Shown: positions 50,809-62,004 of the stretch, piece by piece | Position numbering within the stretch: the first letter of the stretch is position 1 | Layout of the letters: each line of letters begins with the position of its first letter | DNA from: Gammaproteobacteria bacterium | GTDB lineage: Bacteria > Pseudomonadota > Gammaproteobacteria > UBA4575 | Direction: 5' to 3' | Length of the DNA: 64,000 bases | Assembly (NCBI GenBank): GCA_965243395.1 | Contig: CBDEUS010000002.1 | Coordinates: 512,001 to 576,000, forward strand | The notes under the pieces: model-generated | What the model was told of the DNA's origin: nothing | Database searches by the model: none | What the model saw: the letters and a program-made list of their open reading frames with translations, nothing else | Made by a program: the position numbers and the translations under genes

Positions 50809-50827
50809 AATAATTTAAAAAATATGC

Positions 50828-51451
50828 TTATTTTTTTGCACCTATTCGCGATTCATTTCCCGATAATAATTTTTTAATATTGTCACGATGTCGCCAAAAA
50901 ACCAATACAGTCATAAGCGCAATAGCTACAACGATTAAAATATTATTTTCTGTATAACTTGTCCATGCCTTCGTAGTTAGCCAACTAATTATGAGTGTAG
51001 TTAAAGTCGCTACCAGCGCTGCTAATGAAGAATAACGAAACAACACTGCGACACCTAACCAAAGCCCAATCCACACGATTGCTAAAACCCAGTCAAATCC
51101 AAATAGCACGCCTAGTGTCGTAGCAACACCTTTACCACCTTTAAACTGATAATAAACAGGATACATATGGCCGAGTAGTGCAGCCACACCCGTTACTGCG
51201 ACCAAAGCTGTGTTGGCAGTTACTAAATCAACAAGCAAGACAGGTAGCAAACCTTTTAATAGATCACCCGCTAATGTAATTCCTGCAGCTAGTTTATTTC
51301 CTGTGCGCAACACATTTGTTGCGCCGGGATTGCCAGAGCCTAAATTACGCGGGTCAGGTAAACTAAAGACTTTGCTAACGATAATTGCGCTATTAATCGA
51401 ACCGAGCAGATAAGCGCCAATAACATATAAAAGCTGTACGTTTTCCATCAT
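50828..51451 (-). CDS. plsY: Glycerol-3-phosphate acyltransferase
   Basis: GSGNPGATN, FKGGKGVAT, HRDNI. Confidence 0.96.
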   Translation of the reverse strand: MMENVQLLYVIGAYLLGSINSAIIVSKVFSLPDPRNLGSGNPGATNVLRTGNKLAAGITLAGDLLKGLLPVLLVDLVTANTALVAVTGVAALLGHMYPVYYQFKGGKGVATTLGVLFGFDWVLAIVWIGLWLGVAVLFRYSSLAALVATLTTLIISWLTTKAWTSYTENNILIVVAIALMTVLVFWRHRDNIKKLLSGNESRIGAKK

Positions 51452-51454
51452 TAA

Positions 51455-52228
51455 ATGTCTAAATTACATGTCACCAAGTTTGAAGAAACTAAGCAAGCGC
51501 CTATATTGGTATTGTTACATGGATGGGGTTCAAGTTCGAAGATATGGCAATTATGTTTGGACGACTTGTGTAAGAACTTTCGGGTTTGGTGCATAGATCT
51601 ACCTGGGCATGGTGAAAACCATTCCATAATCTGGGATGAAAGTGTTGAACAGGGATTAAGCTTGATGGCGAATACATTGCCAGAAATTTGCTCAATAGTT
51701 GGATGGTCATTAGGCGGCCTGTATGCACAATTATATTTGCAACACTTTCCGCACCGCGTACAAAACCTAATGCTTATTGCCAGTACTCCCAAGTTTATCG
51801 CGAGTAAAAATTGGCCTAATGGCATGTCTGTAGAAACATTTAAGAAGTTTTCACATAATTTTAAACATTCACCTGAACAAACTATAAAACAGTTTCATAC
51901 ACTACAAACCTTACATAGCACATGTACAAAAAAAATAATGCATTCGCTCGAACATGCTACAAAGCATCAATCTTTGAAAAATATAATTTGGGGATTGCAA
52001 TGGCTAAACACAATAGACTTGCGTAGCAGCGGCATCGATCAACATGCACACATACATATTATGCAAGGCGAAAAAGATCAGGTTTCATCTCTACATGCTG
52101 CGGAAGACACTGCAAAAATTTGGGACAATGTAAGCTTGCTAAAAATAATGGATGCCGGACATGTGCCGTTTTTATCACATCCAAAACTATTTATAGAAAA
52201 AGTAAATCTTATGATGCAAGTGAATTAA
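51455..52228 (+). CDS. bioH: Pimeloyl-ACP methyl ester esterase
   Basis: LHGWG, GWSLGG, GHVPFLSHP; adjacent to bioC. Confidence 0.88.
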   Translation: MSKLHVTKFEETKQAPILVLLHGWGSSSKIWQLCLDDLCKNFRVWCIDLPGHGENHSIIWDESVEQGLSLMANTLPEICSIVGWSLGGLYAQLYLQHFPHRVQNLMLIASTPKFIASKNWPNGMSVETFKKFSHNFKHSPEQTIKQFHTLQTLHSTCTKKIMHSLEHATKHQSLKNIIWGLQWLNTIDLRSSGIDQHAHIHIMQGEKDQVSSLHAAEDTAKIWDNVSLLKIMDAGHVPFLSHPKLFIEKVNLMMQVN

Positions 52229-52239
52229 GTTTGTAATAA

Positions 52240-53079
52240 ATGTCGATATTAAATAAACAACAAATTCGTGAAGACTTTTCTAAAGCTGCTAAAACCTATG
52301 ACGCAGCTGCTGTTGTACAAGATGAAATATGTCGTCGCGCATTAGAGCGTTTACAAATGCTTAAATTACAGGCGGACGTTATTCTTGATATTGGTAGCGG
52401 TACTGGCACTAGTCTGAATGGACTACAGACACTATTCCCAAGCAGTCGAATAATTGCGAGTGATATTGCTTTGCCAATGTTGCAACAAAATCAAAAATTT
52501 TTATCTATTTGTAATGATGCTGAATGCTCAGCGATAAAAAATGCGTCAGTAGACCTAATTTTTTCTACTTCAACTTTTCAATGGTGTGAAGATCTTCCAC
52601 GAGTTTTAGCTGAATGTTCACGCATTCTGAAAAATGATGGAGCATTGTTATTCACGACTTTTGGCCCTGACACACTAAAGGAGTTACGCCAAAGTTGGGC
52701 ACAAGTAGATCAGCTCGACCATGTACATGACTTTATAGATATGCACCATATTGGCGATATGTTGCTTAGCCTGCAATACCTAGATCCAGTTGTAGATAGA
52801 GAAATGATTATTATTGAGTATGAAAAATTTCAACAATTATTAAGAGACTTGAAGGCAACAGGTAGTCGAAGCAAATTCAAAACTGAGGCTGAAAGTGCTC
52901 TATTGGGTTTAACAGGTAAGGCTAAATTTCAAAGAGTCGTAACAGCCTATGAACGTTTCCGCCAAAAAAATGGCCTATTACCGGCGAGTTATGAAGTAAT
53001 TTACGGATATGCACGCAAATCAAGTCTTCAAGCATCTATGGATGGAGAAATTAAGATACCGGTCGATAATATAAAATAG
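52240..53079 (+). CDS. bioC: Malonyl-ACP O-methyltransferase
   Basis: FSKAAKTYD, LDIGSGTG, FGPDTLKEL, DMHHIGD. Confidence 0.92.
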   Translation: MSILNKQQIREDFSKAAKTYDAAAVVQDEICRRALERLQMLKLQADVILDIGSGTGTSLNGLQTLFPSSRIIASDIALPMLQQNQKFLSICNDAECSAIKNASVDLIFSTSTFQWCEDLPRVLAECSRILKNDGALLFTTFGPDTLKELRQSWAQVDQLDHVHDFIDMHHIGDMLLSLQYLDPVVDREMIIIEYEKFQQLLRDLKATGSRSKFKTEAESALLGLTGKAKFQRVVTAYERFRQKNGLLPASYEVIYGYARKSSLQASMDGEIKIPVDNIK

Positions 53080-53290
53080 CGTCAAATCTAATAATCGATG
53101 TTAATGGCAATATAAAAGTTGATTTTTCATACTATACGACTATCTCTATTGAGCTCGAGTGTCAGATATGACTTTTTCTAATGGAGAGATACAATTATCA
53201 CGCTTAAAATTGTTAGATATATCGTCTAACAACCCATGAATTCTGGACTAAATAAATGGGTAAGGAATTAGCGATTAAGGGATTAATAGT

Positions 53291-53788
53291 TTGAACACAA
53301 TTGCTGATATAGATCATAAACTGGAGGTTCCAACACAGTTTATAGTTCGACGTAACCAATCTCTTTCCTGGCGTGGCAACAAAATTTTTATTACTCATGT
53401 CGGAATTTTGTCATTCAGTATTGCAGGAGTATTCGCATTACATGGTTTGTGGCTTATTTTGCCTTTTGTCGGGTTAGAAATTTTAATTTTATCGGTTGCT
53501 TTATATATTTGCTGTTTACGTAATCGCTATAAAGAAGTGATTACTATTGAGGATAAAAAGCTTATTGTGGAGAAAGGATCACAGCAGCCTAATGAGACGT
53601 GGGAATTTGATCGGGCGTGGGTTAACCTGGAATTGAAAGATTCGAAACTTCTGGGACACCCAAGCAAATTGCTAATTCGATCAAAAGGCTCACAAACTGA
53701 AATAGGTGAATGTTTGACAGACAAGGAAAAACAAAGTTTAGCAAGGTCTTTAATGCGAACATTACACATTACACTAAATAAAAGTTAA
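53291..53788 (+). CDS. DUF2244-like membrane protein
   Basis: RNQSLS, GLWLILPFVGLE, EIGECL. Confidence 0.75.
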   Translation: MNTIADIDHKLEVPTQFIVRRNQSLSWRGNKIFITHVGILSFSIAGVFALHGLWLILPFVGLEILILSVALYICCLRNRYKEVITIEDKKLIVEKGSQQPNETWEFDRAWVNLELKDSKLLGHPSKLLIRSKGSQTEIGECLTDKEKQSLARSLMRTLHITLNKS

Positions 53789-53810
53789 CTACTTAGCTAG
53801 GAAACCATAC

Positions 53811-54734
53811 ATGAAAGACAATCCTATTAAACATTCACTACGCTACAGTTTGTTGGGTAGTTTAATTGTTGTTTGCTCACTTGACGCTTCAGCAGAAGTT
53901 CAGCCTTACAATATGACGGAAGGTGTGACGCAAATAAGCAAAGAAGTTTTCGATTTACACATGCTCATTTTTTATATTTGCTGTGTAATAGGGGTGGTTG
54001 TATTTGGTGCAATGGCAGTCTCATTAATAAGAGACCGCAAATCAAAAGGCGTAGCACCAGCTGATTTTCATGAGAGTGTTTTATTAGAATTTGTCTGGAC
54101 TGCAATACCCTTTGCAATTCTCATCGCTATTGCTATTCCAGCGGCAAAAGTATTAATCGATATGGAGGATGTCAGTGAAGCAGAGATGACGGTCAAAGTA
54201 ACTGGTTATCAATGGTTATGGCATTACGAATATATTGATCATGATATTGATTTCTATAGCGTGTTAAAAACATCTCGTGATGAAATTTATAATCGAAGTG
54301 AGAAAAACGAAAATTATTTGTTGGAAGTAGACAATCAATTAGTTCTGCCAACTAATCGAAAAGTGCGTATTCTCATTACTTCAAATGATGTAATTCATGC
54401 ATGGTGGGTACCTGATCTAGCAGTTAAAAAAGATGCAATTCCTGGCTACATCAATCAAGCCTGGACAGAAATAGATAAGCCCGGCATTTACCGCGGGCAA
54501 TGTGCAGAACTGTGTGGGCGTGATCATGGTTTTATGCCAGTAGTTGTTCGTGCACTGCCACCGGAAGAGTTCGACGCATGGGCACTGCAGCAAAGTAATA
54601 AAACCGTGGCCGGTTCTCAAGGAAGTAGCACTTCTTTGCAGCAAAGTAATAAAACCGTGGCCGGTTCTCAAGGAAGTAGCACTTCTTTGCAGCAGGGTCA
54701 TAAGAAAGTTGTACAAACTGCATCTACTAATTAA
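53811..54734 (+). CDS. coxB: Cytochrome c oxidase subunit II
   Basis: GYQWLW, DVIHAWW, CAELCGRDHGFMP (CuA). Confidence 0.96.
   Translation: MKDNPIKHSLRYSLLGSLIVVCSLDASAEVQPYNMTEGVTQISKEVFDLHMLIFYICCVIGVVVFGAMAVSLIRDRKSKGVAPADFHESVLLEFVWTAIPFAILIAIAIPAAKVLIDMEDVSEAEMTVKVTGYQWLWHYEYIDHDIDFYSVLKTSRDEIYNRSEKNENYLLEVDNQLVLPTNRKVRILITSNDVIHAWWVPDLAVKKDAIPGYINQAWTEIDKPGIYRGQCAELCGRDHGFMPVVVRALPPEEFDAWALQQSNKTVAGSQGSSTSLQQSNKTVAGSQGSSTSLQQGHKKVVQTASTN
54586..54694 (+). repeat. Perfect 51-bp tandem duplication in the coxB tail
   Basis: Units start at 54586 and 54637, plus a 7-bp third start; encodes QQSNKTVAGSQGSSTSL twice. Confidence 0.9.
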
Positions 54735-54785
54735 TTACCTACAAGTTTTAAAAGCTATTATTTAAAGAACATTCGGAGTAAACAT

Positions 54786-56414
54786 ATGTCAACGACGACA
54801 GCTGACGAACATCACGACGATCATCATCCTTCCGGGATCATGCGTTGGATTACCACCACAAATCATAAAGACATTGGTACTTTATATTTGTGGTTCTCAT
54901 TTATCATGTTCTTTATTGGCGGGTTTATGGCTTTGATCATTCGTTCTGAGCTGTTCGAACCTGGCATGCAGTTTGTTGATCCTCAATTTTTTAATTCTAT
55001 GACCACTATGCACGCCATTATTATGATTTTTGGTGTGGTCATGCCCGCGTTTACAGGTTTAGCAAATTGGCTCATACCACTGATGATTGGTGGTACAGAT
55101 ATGGCCTTGCCACGCATGAACAATTGGAGTTTCTGGATTCTGCCTTTTGCGTTCGCAATGATGCTGTCTACTTTATTTATGGATGGCGGTGGCCCTGCTG
55201 GAGGTTGGACACTTTATCCGCCTTTGTCATTGCAGACAGGTGATGCGCTTCCCTTTGTAATTTTTTCAATTCATTTTATGGGCATGTCTTCCATCATGGG
55301 TGCGATTAATGTTGTAGCAACCATTTTAAATATGCGTGCACCTGGAATGACACTGATGAAAATGCCATTGTTTGTTTGGACCTGGCTCATCACAGCTTAC
55401 TTATTAATTGCTGTAATGCCTGTGTTAGCTGGCGGCGTAACGATGCTGCTTACGGATAAGTTTTTTGAAACCAGCTTTTTTAATGCAGCAGGTGGTGGTG
55501 ATCCTGTTTTGTTCCAGCATATCTTTTGGTTTTTTGGACATCCTGAAGTGTATATATTGATTCTGCCTTCCTTTGGTGTGATTTCGAGCATCATTCCTAC
55601 TTTTGCACGTAAACCATTATTTGGTTATTCATCTATGGTGTACGCAACCGCATCCATTGCATTTTTATCCTTTATTGTGTGGGCGCATCATATGTTCACG
55701 GTTGGTATGCCACTAGCAGGTGAACTGTTCTTTATGTTGGCCACCATGCTCATTGCGGTACCCACGGGCGTCAAAGTGTTTAATTGGGTATGCACTATGT
55801 GGCGAGGTGCAATGACGTTTGAAACACCTATGTTGTTCGCAATAGCATTTATTATTTTGTTCACTATTGGCGGATTTTCAGGACTAATGTTGGCAATTAC
55901 GCCTGCTGATTTCCAATACCATGACACCTATTTTGTAGTTGCGCACTTTCATTATGTATTAGTGCCAGGATCTATTTTTGCAATCATTGCTGCTGTTTAT
56001 TATTGGTTACCGAAATGGACGGGGCATATGTATAGTGAGTTTTGGGGTAAGACGCATTTTTGGTTATCCACCATCTTCGTTAACCTCACGTTTTTCCCGA
56101 TGCACTTTGTAGGACTAGCGGGAATGCCACGACGCATACCTGATTACGCATTACAATTTTCAGACTATAACCAAATCGCCACAATTGGCGCATTTGGATT
56201 CGGTTTTGCACAAATCATTTTCTTAGGATTAGTCATCGCCACTATTCGTGGTGGTGTAAAAGCTACAGATCGTGTTTGGGAAGGTGCAGAAGGATTGGAA
56301 TGGACGTTGAGTTCACCTCCTCCATATCATAGCTTTACCACACCACCAAATGTTAAGGGTGAGTGGAATTGGTTTACACATCAACATTATGAAACAGTCA
56401 AAACGCGAAGCTAA
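54786..56414 (+). CDS. coxA: Cytochrome c oxidase subunit I
   Basis: GHPEVY, WAHH, HFH. Confidence 0.98.
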   Translation: MSTTTADEHHDDHHPSGIMRWITTTNHKDIGTLYLWFSFIMFFIGGFMALIIRSELFEPGMQFVDPQFFNSMTTMHAIIMIFGVVMPAFTGLANWLIPLMIGGTDMALPRMNNWSFWILPFAFAMMLSTLFMDGGGPAGGWTLYPPLSLQTGDALPFVIFSIHFMGMSSIMGAINVVATILNMRAPGMTLMKMPLFVWTWLITAYLLIAVMPVLAGGVTMLLTDKFFETSFFNAAGGGDPVLFQHIFWFFGHPEVYILILPSFGVISSIIPTFARKPLFGYSSMVYATASIAFLSFIVWAHHMFTVGMPLAGELFFMLATMLIAVPTGVKVFNWVCTMWRGAMTFETPMLFAIAFIILFTIGGFSGLMLAITPADFQYHDTYFVVAHFHYVLVPGSIFAIIAAVYYWLPKWTGHMYSEFWGKTHFWLSTIFVNLTFFPMHFVGLAGMPRRIPDYALQFSDYNQIATIGAFGFGFAQIIFLGLVIATIRGGVKATDRVWEGAEGLEWTLSSPPPYHSFTTPPNVKGEWNWFTHQHYETVKTRS

Positions 56415-56490
56415 ACGAACCGCAATCATATTGGCTTGCGTAGCATTATTTATTTATGTCGGTTTTTATTTTTTGGTGGCATCAAAATAA
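56389..56490 (+). CDS. Small cox-cluster membrane protein (33 aa, not in track)
   Basis: MKQSKREAKRTAIILACVALFIYVGFYFLVASK between coxA and ctaG. Confidence 0.5.
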   Translation: MKQSKREAKRTAIILACVALFIYVGFYFLVASK

Positions 56491-56496
56491 GAATTT

Positions 56497-57057
56497 ATGA
56501 GTAACGTTAATAGCAAAAGCGCATTTAAATTATTTGTGGTAGCTATCGCTATGTTCGGCTTCGGATATGCGCTGGTTCCCTTATATGATTTGTTGTGCGA
56601 TATAACAGGCTTGAATGGCAAGTCTGATACCGTTACTCAGCAACAAGAACCTATAAAATTTGCCGTAGATGAAACCCGAACTATTACCGTTGAGTTCATC
56701 ACTAATTTAAATCAAGGTATGGCTTGGGACTTTAAGCCTGAGATTGCAAAAATGCAGGTACATCCCGGCAAAGCCTATCAAACAAGTTTTTTTGTTAACA
56801 ACAAAACCAAGCGCTCAATGGTAGGGCAAGCGGTCCCTAGCGTTGCGCCTTATGCTGCAGCAAATCATTTTATTAAAACGGAATGTTTTTGTTTTAATAA
56901 TCAGTTACTAGAAGCTGGACAAACTATGGAAATGCCAGTGGTATTTCTTATCAACCCGGCACTTCCTGATCATGTGAAAACTGTGACACTTTCTTATACT
57001 TATTTTGATGTGAGCAACACTGCTGACAACAATATGAACCTTTCTGATAACACTTAA
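56497..57057 (+). CDS. ctaG: Cytochrome c oxidase assembly protein Cox11/CtaG
   Basis: LVPLYDLLCDITG, KTECFCF. Confidence 0.95.
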   Translation: MSNVNSKSAFKLFVVAIAMFGFGYALVPLYDLLCDITGLNGKSDTVTQQQEPIKFAVDETRTITVEFITNLNQGMAWDFKPEIAKMQVHPGKAYQTSFFVNNKTKRSMVGQAVPSVAPYAAANHFIKTECFCFNNQLLEAGQTMEMPVVFLINPALPDHVKTVTLSYTYFDVSNTADNNMNLSDNT

Positions 57058-57073
57058 ATTAAATGAGATAGAT

Positions 57074-57946
57074 ATGGCAAACGCAGAAAGCAACTACTAC
57101 ATCCCCCACGGAAGTCACTGGCCATTTGTTGGCTCGATAGCGGTTTTCAGCTTAATGGTGGGGTTCTCTAATTTTTTAAATGGTGTCAACTGGGGCACAT
57201 ACGTAATGCTTTTTGGTGTTCTTGTATTACTTGTGATGTTATTTGGTTGGTTTGGAGCTGTTATAAAAGAAAGTGAATCAGGAAACTACAATCAGCAAGT
57301 TGATATTTCATTTCGTTGGGGCATGTTTTGGTTTATCTTTTCCGAGGTAATGTTTTTCGCGGCATTTTTTGGCGCACTTTTTTATGTTCGTGTTTATTCT
57401 CTACCTTGGTTAGGTGGCGAAGCTTCTGGCGCTGCCACCAATAGCTATTTATGGCCAGGATTTGAAGCGTTGTGGCCGCTTACAGCAAATGGGCCAGCTC
57501 AAATTGGTGGAGAGTTTAAAGCCATGGCATGGAACGGTTTGCCTCTCGTTAACACTATTATACTTCTTACCAGTGGCGTGACCTTAACTTGGGCGCACCA
57601 TGCTCTTAAGGCCAATCATCGTGGCCAGCTTATTATTGGCTTGGCATTAACTGTTTTGTTAGGCGCGATTTTCATGGTACTTCAGGGCGTGGAGTATTAC
57701 GAAGCCTATAACCACTTAGGTTTGACGTTGGGATCAGGTGTGTATGGTTCCACATTCTTTATGTTGACAGGTTTTCATGGCATGCATGTAACCATTGGTG
57801 CAATCATTTTATTTGTTATTTTGATTCGATGTATGAGAGGGCACTTCGACTCCGAGCACCATTTTGGATTTGAAGCAGCAGCATGGTATTGGCATTTTGT
57901 TGATGTGGTGTGGCTGGGCTTGTTTATATTCGTGTATATTTTGTAG
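57074..57946 (+). CDS. coxC: Cytochrome c oxidase subunit III
   Basis: FIFSEVMFF, TGFHGMHV, WYWHFVDVVW. Confidence 0.97.
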   Translation: MANAESNYYIPHGSHWPFVGSIAVFSLMVGFSNFLNGVNWGTYVMLFGVLVLLVMLFGWFGAVIKESESGNYNQQVDISFRWGMFWFIFSEVMFFAAFFGALFYVRVYSLPWLGGEASGAATNSYLWPGFEALWPLTANGPAQIGGEFKAMAWNGLPLVNTIILLTSGVTLTWAHHALKANHRGQLIIGLALTVLLGAIFMVLQGVEYYEAYNHLGLTLGSGVYGSTFFMLTGFHGMHVTIGAIILFVILIRCMRGHFDSEHHFGFEAAAWYWHFVDVVWLGLFIFVYIL

Positions 57947-57963
57947 TTATTGCTTACATAGCA

Positions 57964-57993
57964 TAAAAAACGCCGCTATTGCGGCGTTTTTTA
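57964..57993. terminator. Bidirectional intrinsic terminator
   Basis: AAAAAACGCCGC-TATT-GCGGCGTTTTTT. Confidence 0.85.
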
Positions 57994-58022
57994 TTTCTGA
58001 TTAAAAAAATATTTTAATTGTT

Positions 58023-58232
58023 TTACCCACCAATACCATGAGGCTGAATCACCCCGCCGTAATATCCTAGGATGAGTAATAATATAATCGATACAGAAAT
58101 CGCAATCCTGACGGTTAATGCGTTTACAGTACGTTTCGTGGAACCCTTATCTTGTACCAAATAATATAACGCTGCACCAAGACTGATGAGAATGATTACA
58201 AACATTAATATGATGATGATTTTAATAACCAT
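58023..58232 (-). CDS. Twin transmembrane helix small protein (DUF2909-like)
   Basis: SLGAALYYLVQD ... ALTVRIAIS ... PHG. Confidence 0.8.
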   Translation of the reverse strand: MVIKIIIILMFVIILISLGAALYYLVQDKGSTKRTVNALTVRIAISVSIILLLILGYYGGVIQPHGIGG

Positions 58233-58252
58233 AAAAATAGCAAAGATTTAAA

Positions 58253-58981
58253 ATGTATTGGCGTAAACCGTCCTGGATAATTTTAATCGCAACGGTGGTT
58301 GGAGTATTCTGCCTATCTTCTCTAGGTGTTTGGCAATTACAACGTGCAGAAGAAAAAAAACAGATTCTACAAAATTATGAACTACAGCGTAACAATACGC
58401 TGCAAAGTATTCGTTTACCAGTTACACAACCAGAAAAATTACGCTATCAACGCACTCAATTGCAAGGGCGTTATATTTCAAGTAAACAATTTGTGCTGGA
58501 CAATCAAGTACATGATCATCAAGTTGGCTACAATATTCTTACACCCTTTAAAATAATCGACACGGATTTCATTGTACTGGTTGACCGCGGGTGGCTACCA
58601 ATAGGACATTCACGTGAGCAATTGCCTGAAATACATGTAGACGAAAACTTGCGTACCATAACAGGACAAATTTATGCGCCTTTTGGTGAACCATATACAT
58701 TGGGCGAAGTGGATAATCGCGGTACAAAGTGGCCAAGGCTAATTCAATTTCTGGATTTTGCCGCCTTAAGTAAGCGCTTAGAACTGACACTACAACCATT
58801 TACTTTACGTTTAGACAACGATCAACAAGATGGATTTCTAAGAGAATGGAAAATTTTTGCATTTTCCGCTGAACGACACATAGCGTATGCAGTACAGTGG
58901 TTTGCACTTGCATTTACCTTGATTATTATTTTTATTATTTTGCATTTACCCAGATCTAAAGTTACAAAAAGTAAAGACTAA
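58253..58981 (+). CDS. SURF1 family protein
   Basis: LGVWQLQRAEEK, LVDRGW, HIAYAVQWF. Confidence 0.92.
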   Translation: MYWRKPSWIILIATVVGVFCLSSLGVWQLQRAEEKKQILQNYELQRNNTLQSIRLPVTQPEKLRYQRTQLQGRYISSKQFVLDNQVHDHQVGYNILTPFKIIDTDFIVLVDRGWLPIGHSREQLPEIHVDENLRTITGQIYAPFGEPYTLGEVDNRGTKWPRLIQFLDFAALSKRLELTLQPFTLRLDNDQQDGFLREWKIFAFSAERHIAYAVQWFALAFTLIIIFIILHLPRSKVTKSKD

Positions 58982-58983
58982 TA

Positions 58984-59574
58984 ATGAAAGAAGTGACAAA
59001 AAGTAGAATTTATCTGGTTGGAATATTTGCAGTTTTTTTTGGTCCGCTATTTTTTGCCATGTGGTTATTTTATGTCCCAAATAGCTGGATGAATTCTAAA
59101 ACTCAAAATCATGGTGATTTAATTGAACCCGCAAAGCCATTAGATAATTTTAAAATAACATCTATTGATGGAGATATTTGGGACAAGCAAAAATTCATGG
59201 GTAAATGGACTCTGCTTTATGTTGGTGATGAATACTGTGATCTTTACTGTGAGGCAAGTTTATTTAAAATGCGCCAAGTGCGTTTATCGTTAGGTCGCGA
59301 TCGTCAACGGGTGCAAGGTAAATATCTTGGAATAGACAATAAAAACAATAAGCAACCTTTTAATGATATTATTAAAAATTATCCTGATATGCAGGTGGGT
59401 TGGTTTACGTTTGATAATACACCCAATTCACTTTCCACATATGAACTTCAAAAGAACGTAATCTACATAATTGATCCACTGGGCAATTTAATGATGCAGT
59501 ACTCTCGTGATGCAACTTCAAAAGGCATAAAAAAAGATCTTAAACGCTTATTAAAAGTCTCTAAGATTGGCTAA
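58984..59574 (+). CDS. Cox-cluster thioredoxin/SCO-like membrane protein
   Basis: GKWTLL, CDLYC, IDPLGNLMM, DLKRLLKVS. Confidence 0.75.
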   Translation: MKEVTKSRIYLVGIFAVFFGPLFFAMWLFYVPNSWMNSKTQNHGDLIEPAKPLDNFKITSIDGDIWDKQKFMGKWTLLYVGDEYCDLYCEASLFKMRQVRLSLGRDRQRVQGKYLGIDNKNNKQPFNDIIKNYPDMQVGWFTFDNTPNSLSTYELQKNVIYIIDPLGNLMMQYSRDATSKGIKKDLKRLLKVSKIG

Positions 59575-59588
59575 AAAGGTGACATAAA

Positions 59589-60587
59589 ATGTTTAGAAAG
59601 ATTGCTCTACTTGCAACCTTGTTAACTCTTACAGTTGTCGTAATGGGCGCTTACACAAGGTTATCTGATGCTGGTTTAGGCTGCCCGGACTGGCCCGGGT
59701 GCTATGGACATTTGTTAGGCGTTCCCGAATCAAGTTCTGAGATCGACCAGGCCAATCAAGATTTTCCAGAACGTGCTGTCGAGATTGACAAGGCATGGAA
59801 GGAAATGATTCATCGTTACTTGGCAGAAGGATTAGGTCTATTGATTCTGATTTTGGCATTTATAGCGATTAAAAATCGTAAGCAAACGAATCAAGCATTA
59901 TGGCTACCCATATTTCTAGTTGGCTTGGTGATATTTCAAGGTTTGTTAGGTATGTGGACTGTCACACTGTTATTAAAACCGGTGATTGTAATGCTGCATT
60001 TACTAGGGGGTATGACCATTTTGGCATTGCTTTGGTGGTTGGTTTTGCAGACTTCACCTAAAGAAACTCCTATGAAAAGCACTTCTTTAACATCAGTTTT
60101 AGTATTGGGGCTTTTCTTATTAGTGGTGCAAATTTTATTGGGTGGTTGGACAAGTGCAAACTATGCCGCATTAGCGTGTCCAGACTTTCCAACGTGTCAA
60201 GGAAGATGGTGGCCGGCGACCGATTTTAAAGAAGGGTTTGTGTTTTGGAGAGGGTTAGATCAGAACTATGAATTCGGTGTGTTGGATAATCCAGCTAGAA
60301 CCGCTATTCATCTTAGCCATCGCATTTTTGCGATCGTGGTTGCAATATTTTGGGTGGTCGTTTCGTTAAAAATAATGATGAATAAATATTTGTCTTCAAA
60401 TATGCGTCAATTGGCAATCATTACCTTATTGTTTTTAACTGCTCAAATAGGTTTGGGAATTTCAAATGTAGTAATGAGTCTACCTATTAGTGTAGCTGTC
60501 ATGCACAACGGCGGAGCAGCATTACTCTTGCTGAGTGTTGTTACGTTAATTTTCTACTCGCGATTGCAATCGCCGCAGTCTTTATGA
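59589..60587 (+). CDS. ctaA: Haem A synthase
   Basis: [22 protein letters not shown]. Confidence 0.92.
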   Translation: MFRKIALLATLLTLTVVVMGAYTRLSDAGLGCPDWPGCYGHLLGVPESSSEIDQANQDFPERAVEIDKAWKEMIHRYLAEGLGLLILILAFIAIKNRKQTNQALWLPIFLVGLVIFQGLLGMWTVTLLLKPVIVMLHLLGGMTILALLWWLVLQTSPKETPMKSTSLTSVLVLGLFLLVVQILLGGWTSANYAALACPDFPTCQGRWWPATDFKEGFVFWRGLDQNYEFGVLDNPARTAIHLSHRIFAIVVAIFWVVVSLKIMMNKYLSSNMRQLAIITLLFLTAQIGLGISNVVMSLPISVAVMHNGGAALLLLSVVTLIFYSRLQSPQSL

Positions 60588-61448
60588 TGCTATGGCTAGT
60601 TTGAGCTTTTTAATTGCATTATTTTCTAGCTGACGCACTCGTTCAGCTGAAATTTCATATTCCTTAGCCAAGTCTTGTAGCGTTGTCTTTTTCTCTGCGA
60701 GCCAACGTTTTGCAATAATGTCGCGGCTACGTTCATCTAGCTCTTGCAATGCAGTTTGCAACTGTTGAGTTTGATGGGCTTGCCAATCATTCTGTTCTAA
60801 CTGTTCTGCGGGAGTCGCGCTATCACTCGTCAAGTATGCAGCCGGTGCATAGCTTGTTGTTGATTCGTCCTCATCACCTTGCTCAGGTAGATCAAAACCA
60901 AGGTCAGGACTACTAAGACGCTTTTCCATTTCTAAGACTTCTACGGGTTTCACGCCTAATTCTTTTGCTACGTTCTCTACTTCCTCTTGATTTAACCAGG
61001 CAAGTCTTTTTTTACTACTGCGTAAATTAAAGAATAATTTACGTTGTGCCTTGGTTGTAGCAATTTTAACAATACGCCAATTTCGTAATACAAATTCATG
61101 AATTTCAGCACGTACCCAATGGACAGCAAATGAAACTAGACGTACCCCTTTATGCGGATCGAATTTTTTCACTGCTTTCATTAAACCAACATTGCCTTCT
61201 TGAATTAAATCAGCAAGAGGTAAACCATAACCACTGTAACCACGTGCAACTTGCACCACGAAACGAAGGTGATGAAGAATTAAAGTACGAGCGGCATCCA
61301 GGTCATTGTGTTCATGCAGGCGTATTGCGAGCGCATGCTCTTGCTCTGCATCTAACACAGGTAATTGATAAGCAGACGCTATATAGCTGTCTACATTAGC
61401 TGTAGATACCGATAAATTGGTCTGGGCTGGCATGATCGACTTTGACAT
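60582..61448 (-). CDS. rpoH: Heat-shock sigma-32
   Basis: RpoH box QRKLFFNLR. Confidence 0.97.
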   Translation of the reverse strand: MSKSIMPAQTNLSVSTANVDSYIASAYQLPVLDAEQEHALAIRLHEHNDLDAARTLILHHLRFVVQVARGYSGYGLPLADLIQEGNVGLMKAVKKFDPHKGVRLVSFAVHWVRAEIHEFVLRNWRIVKIATTKAQRKLFFNLRSSKKRLAWLNQEEVENVAKELGVKPVEVLEMEKRLSSPDLGFDLPEQGDEDESTTSYAPAAYLTSDSATPAEQLEQNDWQAHQTQQLQTALQELDERSRDIIAKRWLAEKKTTLQDLAKEYEISAERVRQLENNAIKKLKLAIAS

Positions 61449-61496
61449 TCTTGCTAATTTCCCCTTTATGGATGGTTATAAATTACTAAGTATATT

Positions 61497-61523
61497 TTAG
61501 CAGTCTTGCCATTAGAGTGCTAA
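61497..61523. promoter_or_regulatory. CIRCE element (HrcA operator)
   Basis: TTAGCAGTC-N9-GAGTGCTAA, 1 mismatch to consensus, 48 bp upstream of rpoH. Confidence 0.85.
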
Positions 61524-62004
61524 TCAGGCAAAACGTTCAAAATTATCCCTTAATTGGTGTCTTGAGAGCTTTTGAACCATGTAAAAAGCATGATTTTCGA
61601 GCAATTTCAAAGTTTTTAGGCTCTACACACAAGCAGAGCTATAAAGTCGAATTTGCTCAATCGAAGTCCTTAGAGAAGCTTGTGAATCACATGCTTTATG
61701 GCAGTCAATTTCTTCCCAAGCACTGTTGTTAAATGGCCCCATATCTCAATTGGTTATTACGTCGCTTCGTCTGGGCGCTTCACCCGAAAGCCAGTTGTTT
61801 GAAAACTCTGAAACAGTATCTTTACCCTATTACAGGCGTGGAGCAGCTCGCTACTACAGGAAGTAGTTAGTGACCTACTCTCAAAAAGCAGGATTGGAGT
61901 TGCTGCCCATTTGTCGGTCTAAATTCGGACTCTATCTATTACGAATACGCCAAAAAATATATAGCAATACAATTTTTAAAGAATACTTTTCTAAATATAC
62001 ATAC

